Assembly: GCF_037042905.1 (NCBI RefSeq)
Contig: NC_087250.1
Span: 19,780,001-19,844,000, forward strand
Direction of reading: 5' to 3'
DNA length: 64,000 bases
DNA from: Lytechinus pictus
Taxonomy: Eukaryota
Shown here: one piece after another, positions 39,985 to 52,892 of the stretch
Numbering within the stretch: the stretch's first letter is position 1
Layout of the letters: each line of letters opens with the position of its first letter
Notes under the pieces: model-generated
Seen by the model: only the letters and a program-made list of their open reading frames with translations
The model's database searches: none
Told to the model about the DNA's origin: nothing
Translations under genes and position numbers: made by a program

Positions 39985-40340
39985 CTACTCTCTGGTAAGG
40001 GAAGAGAGGCATACATGTAAACCAGGGTATCCTCTGATCATGTAGAGAACTACAGTGTAGTGAAGGAGGCAGTTTTGAAAAGGTATGATCTCACTGCCAA
40101 GGCATATACGGTAAAATTAAAGGATCACTATGTTAGGAAAGACAAGACATACGTAGAATACTCTGTACAGTTGTTTTGTAGGTGGTTAGAGGGTGCAAAT
40201 GCCGCCTGGGATCTGAATAGGTTAAAACAAGAGATCCTTAAAGAACGGATGCTCACATAAGTCCCTTATGATCTGAAACTGTGGTTAGTGGATCACGAAC
40301 CTGTCACTTTGGAGGAAATGGCTAGACTCGCTGATCAATA
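39985..40340 (+). pseudogene. Gypsy (Gmr1-like, SCAN-related) Gag fragment
   Basis: YSVVKEAVLKRYDLTAKAY...TYVEY...FCRWLEG...LKQEILKE...LKLWLVDHEPVTLEEMARLADQ. Confidence 0.65.
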
Positions 40341-41445
40341 AATGACTGGTAAAAAGACTAAGTCAGGTGGGGAAAACCTGGGAGTTAAAGCCCAATGAGA
40401 TAAGTGGGAGCTTCCCAGCAAGTTGGTGGAAGGAAGGATACACGTTGGTCCTAATATTCTGGTAATGGGAGAGGAGATAGGACCAATCAAAATAATGAAC
40501 TTTCAAACTTCAATCAACAATGAAAACAAGACCCAGCTCGCTAGCCCGGCATTTCTCGTCATGAATCTCCAGAAGAGAGCGCCAATCTCTTCAATTTTCA
40601 ATCAATATCAAATCAAAGGAGCCTTAATTACTAGTTCTAATTATTATATAATAGTCATTCAATCTTATTCAAATCAATATAACATTAAATTTCTCCACGA
40701 TTCTTTTATCGACGTACATTTTTTTGTTTTTTTCCCCAAAATTTTAACTTGATAACTGAAGAAGTAAGAAGGTAAAGAGGCGGATTTGAAGCTGTTATCG
40801 GCAGCTGTTAAATTTTAGAGTTTTAGGTGAGTGTATTTTCAAATATTTTTGTCAATGTTACATTGACAATGGAAAAAATGATCCCGACAATGGGGACAGA
40901 CGATAAACACAAAATAACTGTCACCGATAACTTTCAAATAACGAAAGATGTGAAAAGGAAAACGATCGAGACAAAGGAATCCCGTAAAGATCGGACAGAG
41001 TATGTCAAATAAATTTTATGTCAGACTCTTTCACATTTTGGTACGCAGGGTGCAGAATTTTTATTCATACAACTGTCCTTTTTTTTTCTCTCACAGGGAG
41101 GGTCAAGTTCGTCAACATCTTCCACGCCCGTAACCATCCAAAGTATCAGGCCACAGAGATTGTAGAACTTTGCAACTTTCTGGCTGCACCAAACGAAGTA
41201 CAGAAGTTTCTAAGTGTCTTCCAGGCAATTTTAACATCTGCAAAGGCAGCAAACCGGGAGGAAGAAAGCGAGAAGTTAGGTACAAAGACTGCCAATTTGT
41301 TTGTGAAAGATGAGGCTAGCAAAGGTGAGAAGGGACAAGGTAACAAAAGGGTGGAGAGAGTTGGATTCTTGTGAAGGTACTGAAATGGATGTAAACATAG
41401 TAAACAAAGATCCCCCTTTACCAAGTCCAAAGAAGGATGCCTGTA

Positions 41446-41720
41446 GTGCTGTGCATCAGCATTTCACCCAAAGATTTGGAGAAAAATGGACCGTTCATCA
41501 AATGAAAGAATTGTGGAAGAGGCAAAGGATACTTGCCAAGATAAAATATAGTGAATACCGAAGAAAGCAAAGAGAAACAGGTGGAGGTCCATCTCCACTG
41601 AAAGCGACTACATTGTACACTACTGATCAAAGAGATTCTGCCGTACGATTTCATTCAGCCCCAAAATCCATACGATGACGATGTCATACTTCAAAATGAC
41701 CAGGCCATTTCAGCCCTGGA
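41446..41720 (+). pseudogene. Myb/SANT-like DNA-binding fragment (Harbinger accessory-gene type)
   Basis: FTQRFGEKWTVHQMKELWKRQRILAKIKYSEYRRKQRETGGGPSP; the ..TGGGP signature follows the helix. Confidence 0.7.
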
Positions 41721-42066
41721 ATTCATCACTGGTGACCATAAACATACTTTAAAGAGTAAGAAGAGAAATTAGACTCTTTGCAATATATTTTTGCTAGTCA
41801 AGATCTAGATCAAATTGATCATGTTAATTTTGTACTTGTATTTTTCAATTTGCATAGCAGGAAGTACTGATGTCAAATGCAGGAAAGATGTGCGGTGTTA
41901 CTGGGGATATCTTGGAAGACACATTTATTTAAGAGTAATGCAAGCATACCCCGATGGAGCAGGAAGATACAAAGGAACTGTGCTGCGAGTCCCGAGATTT
42001 ACCAATTTTACCGATGTGTTCGAGTCACCCCTATTAAATAATGAACTTTCAAACTTCAATTAACAA

Positions 42067-45000
42067 TAGGAGTGGGCTATAAATGGGTGATTTTTGGTTT
42101 TATTGTGGCAACAGTTTTTTTGTGTTCCTTTTTACCTTATCTCAACATGAAATGACGATATTTTAGTCTCGGGTCTGAGAAAAAAGTGTGCCGGGCCAAA
42201 ATCGAAAATGGCCGCCAAAACCCCCCAAAATCACATTTTGGGCCACAAATTTTTCATTTGACGGTCTTTTTCTCTGGTTTTGGTGTCTATTCATATGTTT
42301 TGGGGGGCAGGTAATTTGTTTTTCTTAAAATTAGTACTTTTAAATAATTATTCGTAGAGTTATAAGGTGATTTTACTTAAATTTACCAATTTTTAAAGCC
42401 CTTTTTCAGCCAAAAAGTAGGTTTCTTCGTCATGTGGTTCTTGGATATTATACAATACCAGTTGAACAGTAGCAGGCAGCTTATATAGCTATATTTTTTA
42501 TTCCTCCAAAAATTGGGGTTATGGATATTTGCGAAATATATCTCATCAAATAAAAGAAAATGTCATTTATCCATAGGGTAATGTTTTAACCCGCACCCGT
42601 TGCGGTATGGGTTAACCTGCCGGTATGCCCCCGATCGCGGGTTGCGGGCCGTGTTCATTCTCAAACCCGCAGATCGTCATACGAAAAAAAGGGAGAAGTA
42701 ACGACGCATAATAAAAACATAAACAATGAAAATTTAGTTAGGATCATGTGCTCCTTACGTGGCGGATTCTTTTAGAGACGTAGATATTTCCTTTTAAAAA
42801 ATGCCGGCGTTTGTGAACAGTGAACAGGACTGAGACAGTTTGACATAATACATCGAATTGCTCTTTCAAAGGAGCGCCAGTGCAGCGCAGTCAAAATCAA
42901 TCGCATATCGAATTAAGCAAAAAGATAAACGCAGCTTAAGATTAAGAGCGAAGTTGATTATCAATTAGAAATTGTTAGGCCGTGCGAACCTGCTGTCACG
43001 TGACAAAGCTGTCCCACATACGAGTCGACTCAGCTATCGCCAGCCCATTTTATTTGATTCATCTATAAAAATGATAATCACGGATCGCAATCTTTATATT
43101 ATCTTGTTATGATCAATTACCAGTTGAAAATAAAATTGGTGGAAGCAATCTAAACGACCTGAATGAAAATTATCATGTTCATGTTCATAACGATTCAAAA
43201 CAGATCAACGACGCCTAATTTGAGTAAAAATTTGAGTCAGAATGAAAAAAAATGACTGAGTAAAGAAACTAATAAAATAGATGAATGAAAGACAGTTTAA
43301 AACTTTAAAGTAAGTTTGAACTAAAGTGAGATTAAAAAAAATACAATATGAATGAAGAAATGAACGAACCAAACGATAAGTTTGAACTGGGAGGCAGGAG
43401 ATCTTTTAATGAATAAGTGAATATCAATAATGAACTTGAAACTTAATGAATTACTTTCTTATTTTCCACGACAAGTGTTCCCACTCAATGATTGGAGCTA
43501 ATTAATTGGAGCTCACTGCTCATTGATAACATGGGTCCTAGTATGATCCATGCTGATAACAAGGGGACGGGAATCTGAATCCGACACTTTATATATGTTC
43601 CAATATATTATTTGGATAATTCCGCCTCAGTCCTGTTTACGTAACAATGAAATTGATTGACAAACGGCGATGTAATTGGCAGCTGTATCTTCTCTGCAAG
43701 TCTGCATGAAACATTCACTTTCCCACGCTCCCCACCTCCTTGCTAGTCGGCACTATCGATTTATTTACCGTGCAGATTAAAGGAAGTATTACACTTGGCG
43801 GGACATTTGATTTGATATTAATAAAAAGACAGAGCGAAACCTTAAGTTGTTAAGCTCTTGTTAGATAACCACCAAAAACCTGCTGTATTCCGCCTGTTTG
43901 AGAAATTCGGTACTTCCACCATTATCTCCTTATCAGAATCTCAAAATCCCCCTAATTACTGAACAAAGACCCCTTTCTTTTAAATTACAATATACTGTAA
44001 ACACACATTTAGGGTTGATGTTGATGATTTCTTTCCACCATCATTCTGGCTTCATCAACCAAATCGAGTAGACACGGCGAACAGAACGTCTGATGTATGG
44101 AATCATTTCACCGATGACGAGGCAGATAGGGCATATGCACACTGCAATTATTGCAATGCTAGGAGGAAGGCCGGAGAAGGCCGAAATAGCGGGAGGAGTA
44201 ACCTGCGTCGTCATCTCATGGATTGCCTCACTTACGCTCGTCATCGACGTCGTAATGAAGCTGCTGTTCCACAAGCTGCCGGCGACGCCGAAGCAGCAGC
44301 ACACCCCGGGGTAGCACCAGCAGCACCCAATCGTGAACATGAACGACATCCAGTGGCCCCTCGGCCTCGTCCACGAGACGGCCATGTGCAAGAAACTTTA
44401 GCGGAAAACATTGGCAGAAGGGCGAAATACAGGAGGGATAGCGTCAGATCGCAGGAAATAGACAGATCCATCGGAAAAATGATGGCTTTTGATCTTACAC
44501 CCTTCAGTATCGTCGAGAACGACGGGTTCAAGCAGCTTCTTGGGAAGCTGGATTCTCGATACGACATCCCATCTCGTCCGTATTTCTCTCAAACTGTGGT
44601 GCCTGGCCTCTACAATGAGATGAGGGAGAAACTCATCTTTGACATTTATTTATTTTATACTTACCCTCAAAATTTTACATACGCTCAAAGTTTACTTCAT
44701 AGATATATTTTGGTACCATCTACATTTAAACTTGGAGGAAAAATAAGTTTAGAAAGTTCATCATTTTCTGCTCCATATAAATGTTGCCACATCTACATAT
44801 TACAAACAGTACATGTTTCAGATATTAAACCCTTTTTTCTGTTTTGTTTTAGTAACATGGACAAAAAGTCCATGTAACGTAGTTACAAATATTATTCCAC
44901 ATCATAGAAGAAAGTACATGTACATGAGGATTATAAGTTTTTCCATCCTGTCTCTGTATTTGACATGTTTCAAGGTTTATATAAACCTGTTATGGGTCAG

Positions 45001-45755
45001 TTATCTGTCCAAAAAAATTTATCACAGAAAAGATAAGATATGAAAAATTCAAAAAGTATAAAGTGAGAAACTACTTGATATTTGGGTAGTTACTATAATC
45101 ATTGTTATGTTGTCAAATGCATTTGAGAAGTTTTGCCATTGAATGTTACTGTCATTACCATAGTTTCCATGAGAAAAACTATCATAATAATCCTTTTGTG
45201 TTTCTTTAGAATAGAAAATATACAAGTTGTTAAAAAAAAAAGTCCATGTAACGTTGTTATTTCATTCCGATTGTTATGATGCATGACATAGAAGTATGAA
45301 GGTGAACACACATAATTTTTTGGAAATCAGTTAGTTCAATAGTGCTGGAAAACATGTAGATCATTAGGGAATTGTTTTGGAAGAATTCAATTTTGCACTT
45401 CTATGTCACACTTTTTGACCCAACCTCATGGAAACACCCTTATACAGGCCTTGTTATCTGTCATGGTGACCAATGCATTTATGCAGTGCAGTATGTATGT
45501 ACAGTACATTGTATACTGTATAGCCCCAATGGATAATTGACATTTTTTAATTTAATATGATATATTTCACAAATATCCGTAAAACCCAAAGTGGAGGAAT
45601 AAAAGCAATATAGCTATATGAAGCTGCTTGCTATTGTTGACGTCGTACCATCTAATATCCCAGAACCCCAGGATAATAAAACCTACTTTTTGGCTGAAAA
45701 AAGGCTACAAAAATGGGAAAATTTAGGTATAAATACCTTTTAACTCCACAAATAA
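42067..45755. mobile_element. Second, disrupted copy of the foldback element (arms 42067-~42580 and ~45441-45755)
   Basis: Homologous to the arms of 27388-29087; the interior is replaced by a hAT fragment. Confidence 0.75.
44011..44640 (+). pseudogene. hAT transposase N-terminus (BED zinc finger + Hermes-like dimerisation domain), 3'-truncated
   Basis: One open frame: SDVWNHF...AHCNYC...SNLRRHL...DLTPFSIVENDGFKQLLGKLDSRYDIPSRPYFSQTVVPGLY; probable left end tagggtaatg at ~42574. Confidence 0.85.
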
Positions 45756-45814
45756 GGAATAATCAACAAAGAAACACATTAAAAAGAAAATGATGCAAAG
45801 AAATGTGCCTGGAG

Positions 45815-46080
45815 TGCATGTGCATCAGCATTTTACCCAAAGATTTGGAGCAAAATGGACCGTTCATCAAATGAAAGAATTAAGGAAGAGGCAAAGGATA
45901 CTTGCCAAGAAGGAATATAGTGAATACCGAAGAAAGCAAAGAGAAACCAGTGGAGGTCCATCTCCATCTCCCCTGAAAGCGACTACACTACTGATCAAAG
46001 AGATTCTGCCGTACGATTTCATTCAGCCCCAAAATCCATACGATGACGACGTCATACTTCAAAATGACCAGGTCATTTCA
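45815..46080 (+). pseudogene. Myb/SANT-like fragment, duplicate copy
   Basis: Near-identical to 41446-41720. Confidence 0.7.
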
Positions 46081-47759
46081 GCATCACTTTTAAATCAAAA
46101 TCAAATCCAAGGAGTCTTAATCACCAGTTCTAATTATTACATAATTCTCATTCAATCTTATTCAATTCAATATAACATTAATTTTCTACATGATTCTTTT
46201 TTCGACGTTCATTTTTTTGTTTTTTTCCCCAAAATTTTAACTTAATAACTGAAGAAGGTAAAGAGGCGGATTAGAAGCCGTTATCGGCAGTTGTGAAATG
46301 TGTTCAAGTCACCCCTATTAAATAATGAACTTTTAAGCTTCAATTAACAATGAAAACAAGACCCAGTTCGCTAGCCCGGCACTTCTCACCATGGATCTCC
46401 AGAAGACAGCACGAATCGCCTCACTTCTGATGTAAAACAAAATTCAAGGAGTCCTTATAACAAGTTCACAGTATTATATAATTCTCATTAAATCTTATTC
46501 AAATCGATATAACATTAATTTTCTTCATGATTCATTTTTTTATGTTCATTTTTTTTTCTTCAAAATTTTAACATGTAGTTAGAAGGCAAAGAGGCGGATT
46601 TGAAGCTGTTATCGGCAGTTGTGAAATTTTTGAGTTTTATGTGATTGTATTTTTCAAATATTTATGTCAATCTTACATTGACAATGAAAAAATAATCCAG
46701 ACAATGGGGACAGATGATAAACACAACATAACTGTCACCGATAACTTTCAAATAACGAAAGATGTGAAAAGGTAAACGATCGAGACAAAGGAATCCCGTA
46801 AAGATCGGACAGAGTATGTCAAACAAATTTTATGTCAGACTCTTTCACATTTTGGTATGCAGGGTGCAGAATTTATTTTCACACAATTGTCCTTTTTTTT
46901 CTCTCACAGGGAGGGTCAAGTTCGTCAACATCTTCCATGCCCGTAACCATCTCAAGTATCAGGCCACAGAGATCATGAAACTTGAAATATAAATGTATAT
47001 GCTTCTTGAAGACTTCAGTTACCATACACTCTTTGTATTTTTTTTTCATTTTTTTTTTTTGGGGGGGGGGGGGCAATCTGACTAACTTCTCAGAAAGTAA
47101 TATTGTTTGCTCCACAAACATAATGTGCTAACAAATTACATTGTATTTTTCTATTTAAATTTTGCAGGAAATACCGATATGTTGCATAAAGGAAAGTCGT
47201 ACGATGGTGCTGGGGATATACCTTGGGAAAGATATAAGAGTTCAAATACCTGCCTGCATCCATTCAAGGATAATGCGAGCTTACCCTGCCGGAGCTGGGA
47301 AGTACACAAAGGAACTGTGTCGAGAGTCCTGAGACGCTAGTTTCCTTGATTCAGTGGATAAAAATCCTGCACAGACTGTCAGCGCCGGATTCAAGGCCGA
47401 AGTCTTGACTGCGGGTCGAGTGCCCCCAGTAGCAACTCCGGGAATTCCCAATCAGATGGTTTTCACCACTTTCCGGACCGTCTGGAGTTAAATTCAAGGA
47501 TCCTGTGACCGTTCCACAGAACCTTGGAGACCCTGTGAAGCTCCAAAGGACCCTGAAGACCCTGTTGTAGTCCCACAGGGACCCAAAATCCCTGCGGCCG
47601 AGGAGACTATGGACCTGGCCTCTGATGGGGAACCAGATATCCACAGATCCGATTCTGAATACTCCATTCCATCGGAGTGGGAAAGGAAGCAGGACTCTCG
47701 CCCGAAGAGAGTGGGACCCCGGGGCAATCCTGGGTTGTGGGAGACGCCCACTTGATCGG

Positions 47760-47880
47760 CTCTGTGACCATATTTATAGTCATATGCCGGCGTTTCTGCA
47801 ACCTTTAAGGTCCTCCGTGGGAAGAACGTGTTTACGAGCAGAACAACAGCTCGTGATCCTCAAATTCCTTGCGAGGGAGC
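47760..47880 (+). pseudogene. Possible Harbinger transposase HTH fragment
   Basis: LQPLRSSVGRTCLRAEQQLVILKFLA; short motif only. Confidence 0.4.
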
Positions 47881-49398
47881 TCATCCAGAGTGAGCAATTG
47901 TCCACCCTCGTGGAGTGGGTTAATAACATGACTGCCAAAGGAAGGCGGTATGAGTGGAATCTTCCCGAAAGTGTTCAGGAAGAGATGAGTAGTATGTGGT
48001 GCTCAATGCAAGTGCCAGCTGGGATTCACCATCCACCATCGGCAATATTTAATTGTCACACCGTCACATCATCTAACTGGCAACAGTCTTGAAAATGCTA
48101 TACCAGTTCTGCTAGTAGCTATGTCATGCAGTCCCGAACAGAGCATAATTCACTCCTTTCTAGTTTGCTGTCTAAACCTTGCAATCAAGGAGAGTTGTGT
48201 GAATATGGTGCTTAGAGTCCCTGCCTTTGACCTAGAAGGTCCCTCTCATTTCAAATTGAAACACAAGTTGTATGTGTGCTGTGAAGCCTTACTTATTGAT
48301 CAAAGTTTCACACCCCCCCCCCCCTTAGCAACAGCCGAGCAAATGATATTACAACCAGAACGTTCCATTCTGCTTGAAGGGGTAATGCAGACAAGTAAAA
48401 GGATAAACAAAGTGTGTGGAGTCTATATCCTTACCAGTGGCAGTGGAAGAAGTTTTTTTAAACAATTTTGATGACTTATGACCAGCACACTTCATATTAT
48501 AGATGCTTCAGATTGGGAGAATAGGGAGAGGAGATATGTGAAATCATATTGTTATTATTTTAGTAAGTTCACTCTATTTCTAATCCAAAGAGAAAAGTGA
48601 TGACATAATCTTACTCTACAAACTTAACAGTAATTTTTTTTTGTTATTTTCATTTTTTTGCCACATTTGAAACAATTCTGTATTTATTAATAGATTTTTA
48701 ATTTTTATTATTATTTTTATTTTTAGTATCATTATTATTAAAATTATTATTATTATTTTTTTTTTTTTTGGGGTGTATACTAAATCTACTGATAATCCTG
48801 AGGTGTAATTATCATTAGGTTACAGGCTAGATGTAAACGAGGTCTAGTAGTAGGGTAACATAGCCTCTAGATTTCTACTTGCTTCTTTTTACTTGATTTT
48901 CTTCAACTTTTAAGTTTTACAAAAATCATTCATTTTTGGTCTTTCTCGCCAGCTGCCACATGTTGTATTCCTGAATTTGAATCCTGTCAATTTTTCTTTC
49001 AGTTTAGGATGTCCACTTTGCCAGTGAGGAGCACAAGAAAAATGAAAGAACATGATTTAACCGAAACTTGAGCAACGGCCAACTGACAATACATTGCTAC
49101 AGAGGAAACGGTCAACTACAAAGCTGTACCCACTCAAAGTAAAAGAATCCAAGTACATACATGTAGATAAAATAAAGAATTACTTGTAATAGAAGATCAC
49201 ACCGAGAAAGAGTTGAGTTCTAAAGAACTTGACACTTGGGTTGAAGCCAGGAATATAGTTGATATTTCCGATTCATTTGTCAATGAAACAGAAGAACAAA
49301 AAAATAAATCATTGAACATTTGAAGATTGCAGACAACGAAGCTTGCAGAGCCAAACGTGGAAAGTATTTTGAACATAGAACTTCCAATACCGCAAAAC

Positions 49399-49833
49399 AT
49401 ACTTGAAGAAATAGCATCACTAGGATAAAATAAGTCGGCCTTTAGAGTCCGCTATCGTTTCTCTATTAAGGGAGAATGTCATCTTCATCATCAACATGAT
49501 TGAAGCAGACTTGAAGAGGATCGAGGAGAGGAACAATCCTCTACCTGTCAGTCTACAGGTTTGGACTGCTCTACAATCATATGTCATTTGTGAGCAATTA
49601 ATTCTTTTATCCTTAATACTTGAAGAAATAGCATCACTAGGATAAAATAAGTCGGCCTTTAGAGTCCGCTATCGTTTCTCTATTAAGGAAGAATGTCATC
49701 TACATCATCAACATGATTGAAGCAGACTTGAAGAGGATCGAGAAGAGGAACAATCCTCTACCTGTCAGTCTACAGGTTTTGACTGCTCTACAATCATATG
49801 TCGTTTGTGAGCAATTGATTCTTTTATCCTTAA
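49399..49833 (+). repeat. 217-bp tandem duplication containing a HARBI1-like transposase N-terminal fragment
   Basis: Units at 49399 and 49616; FRVRYRFS..ENVIFIINMIEADLKRIEERNNPLPVSLQVWTALQSY. Confidence 0.75.
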
Positions 49834-49997
49834 TATCACCCAAAAGGTACTATTGCTTAGCTGTAGATGTATATTTTAAATGCTAATAAATCTTCCATAG
49901 ATTTTTATCGAATGGCATTAAAAAGAATGAAAGACAAATACTGTTGAGTGTTCTTATTTTTATTTCACTCTTCAAATCAAATAAAACGTGCAACACC

Positions 49998-50210
49998 ATG
50001 CCTGCTGTTGCATACTGCAAGAATTTTAGTGTCTTTTTGACACTGAAAGCATATTCTATCCTCTACAACTTGGACAGCTCTGGTTTTCTCCTCGACGGAG
50101 AATATTTTCAATTCTATGAGTCAACTGAGGAAGCAGCTAATGTCCAATGGTGGAGTTGGTCCAGGTTTACTCTGCAGGAGACACCCACGTTTGCGTACTT
50201 CAATTTCTAG
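49998..50210 (+). CDS. Small unknown protein, paralog 1 (70 aa)
   Basis: accATG start, TAG stop; divergence from paralog 2 is dominated by synonymous changes. Confidence 0.5.
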   Translation: MPAVAYCKNFSVFLTLKAYSILYNLDSSGFLLDGEYFQFYESTEEAANVQWWSWSRFTLQETPTFAYFNF

Positions 50211-50441
50211 GTAACAACAACCCCCCCAAAAAAAACACATAAATAATGAGTCAAGCGGAGTAAAAGCAACAGATTTGAATTGGAACCTGAAAAAGCGTGC
50301 AAATTATTATTTCTAAAAGTTTCTTTCTTGGGGAAAAATCTCAGATGAAGGGAAGTATAAAAAGTAATAAAAACAGGCCTGAACAAATAACAATTAGATC
50401 TAATTCAAATCAAATACGGTACAACGTGCAACACAGTGACC

Positions 50442-50690
50442 ATGCCTGCTGTGGCGTATTGTAAGGATTTCAGTGTCTTCTTGACACTAAAAGCTTATTC
50501 TCTGCTCTATAGCTTAAACAGCTCTAGTTTTCTTCTTGACGGAGAGTACTACATGCTTTACGGATCCAGTGAAGAAGCAGCTCATGTACAATGGTGGAGC
50601 TGGTCGAGGTTCACTGTGGCAGAGACACCCACGTTCGCATACTTCTGGGTAACAACAACCCTCCCCCCCCCAAAAAAAAAAATAAAATAA
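50442..50690 (+). CDS. Small unknown protein, paralog 2 (TGG at the position of paralog 1's TAG relative to the shared 3' flank, giving read-through)
   Basis: accATG start, upstream gtataaaaag TATA-like motif; 55/68 aa identical to paralog 1. Confidence 0.45.
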   Translation: MPAVAYCKDFSVFLTLKAYSLLYSLNSSSFLLDGEYYMLYGSSEEAAHVQWWSWSRFTVAETPTFAYFWVTTTLPPPKKKIK

Positions 50691-52764
50691 AATATAAATA
50701 ATGAGTCAAGCAGAGTAAAAGCAACAGTGGGAAAATCTTTGATAAAGGCAAGTATAAAAAGTAATAAAAACGGGCCTCAACAATAATATCTAATTTAGAG
50801 CTAAGTAAAAGAACAAATTAACATAAAATAGCTTTTTAGTTTAAAAGTTTTCTTGTGCATTATCAGCAATTTATTTTTCTCTCCATCCCCCATCTCTCTC
50901 ACGCTCTCTCATCCTCTCTGAATTTTATTTCTTCAATTAGATCCTTTAAATGTTGAAGCCCATCGATCAAGCTTTAATGTGTCAATCAGGGGAATTCCCT
51001 GTGTCTCTCGATGGCCTTGGAGGTCGAGACAGAATGCTGCATGCCATGCCACATGTGCCATTTGATCTCTCTCACATGTTCTTTCCATCCATGTTGAGAA
51101 AAGTCCATTCATAAATAATTTAGACTGATATCCAGCCTTTTATGTTTTCCATTCGATTGATTTTCCCCACTTTACAAGGCAGAGAGGGTATTTCTCTAGA
51201 TATTCTCAATAAAACGACTGTATTCGATTTATTAATATTCATGAGGATCGTAAGCACGTGATCAAAAAGATCGTCGGAATCATGTATATTCAACAGCTCT
51301 GGATGACGTCATTTTTAGTTTTTTGCTTGGGAATCGAAAACCCTGATAGGTATTGGCATGAAACTAACAAGAAAAACACTAGAATACTATTTTCTAACTA
51401 CCATATAAAGTGCAGCTCAAAAAATGCACGGGATCATATTTTTAAAAAGTTTTTCATCGGTCTCCCTAATAATAACAAATTTGCAATAACAGTTAAAAGC
51501 TACTGATATCCTTCAATCTGATTGGCTGATAGAAACTGTGCATTTGTTATTATGACAAGTCTTTATTAAACAGGACCTTACATCTTACTCTGCAGATTTG
51601 CCGCTGGTCGAGCAAACAATCAATCATCAAAAATAATTCAAAATTCATTTTTGCAAGATTGAAATATGAAATGATTTTCTAGTATAATTCATATTATTGA
51701 CCCTTGATACTCAAGCTCCTAGTGGGGCTACCATTACAATGTACAAGTCCCAACTATATAAACTCTTGCATGATCCTTCGGCCCGTATTCTTAAGTTCGG
51801 TTTAATTAAAACTCTGGTTTCAAGTTGTGGTCTAACTATGGAGAGCCAGTTGTTTCATAAATCTCTAACATTAGAGGTTCAATGCATCAGCTCATTTGAC
51901 TCCCAAAACATTATTAACTGCCTGGGAAGGATAAGTATAACAGTTGTCTTCAACATTGAATAATTAGTGAAGAGCACAGTTAACATGAGAAGCATACACT
52001 GTAAACAAAATTTTGAAATGTTTGGCTTCCCATAATTTTAGCAGAGTAAGACAATGGTCCAAGTTGAACCCGACTGCAGAATACGGGCCTCAGAGTACAC
52101 TGTACTTTCATTAGGTTGCTTCCTTTGCTTTATTTTCTTCAATTATCTGCATGCTTTCAAAAAGGTGTTGTGCCATAGTGGTTTTCCTGCATTTCCCATT
52201 ATATTGTCTTTTCATCATGGACAAAAAATAACGGAATTGCAAATGGAAAGCTGCTTGAATGATTACTTGAGAAAAGACACGAATCTGACCTTTGATGCGG
52301 TTCGTCGCGGAACTCCTTCCAATCTTGTAGAGTGGACATCGTGTACCAGTCAGCAATGGTTTCAGGCCATGAACATCCTTGAACTCCAACCCCCAAAGAA
52401 TAGATCTCTAGGAGCTGACTTGTACAGTTATAATACCTACCCAGCATCCCTGTGCAAATCAAATTACACAGATTTTTACCTCCTGCATGAAGAGTGGCAC
52501 GTGGAGATCAATGCCTTGCCTGAGGAACAAGCGCTGAAAGTGAAGTCCAGAGGTCCACGGGCAACATGGTGTGTGGTCCATATCAACTGACGTCTACAGA
52601 TATTGTAATTCCCGCTGGCTTTGACCATGAAGTTCCAGTAGGAAACAAGATAGGTACATCTAGTTCATCAAGCACATGAAGCTCCATGCTTTTGTCTAAA
52701 ATCCACAAATCTAGGGAAATGCCACTTCTATTCCCTGGCAGTTCTGGTAACAGTGGAAGATTGT

Positions 52765-52848
52765 TCATAAAGCGAGTGTGTCTCTGACTAGTTTTCTCAC
52801 CGCTGTTCCAACTGAAGCATTGGTCGGTCCAGAGTTCTGGTAGCTGAT
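52765..52848 (-). CDS. ATG101: Autophagy-related protein 101, last coding exon (ISYQNSGPTNASVGTAVRKLVRDTLAL*)
   Basis: cag acceptor; C-terminus ..DTLAL* as in vertebrate ATG101. Confidence 0.93.
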   Translation of the reverse strand: MSYQNSGPTNASVGTAVRKLVRDTLAL

Positions 52849-52892
52849 CTGAAGAGTCATGAAGAGAAAAGAATAATTAAAGACTACAACAC

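Noticed and set aside
52054..52590. 178-aa + strand ORF
   Set aside because: Starts inside a MITE, lies antisense to the presumed ATG101 3' UTR, and has no recognisable motif
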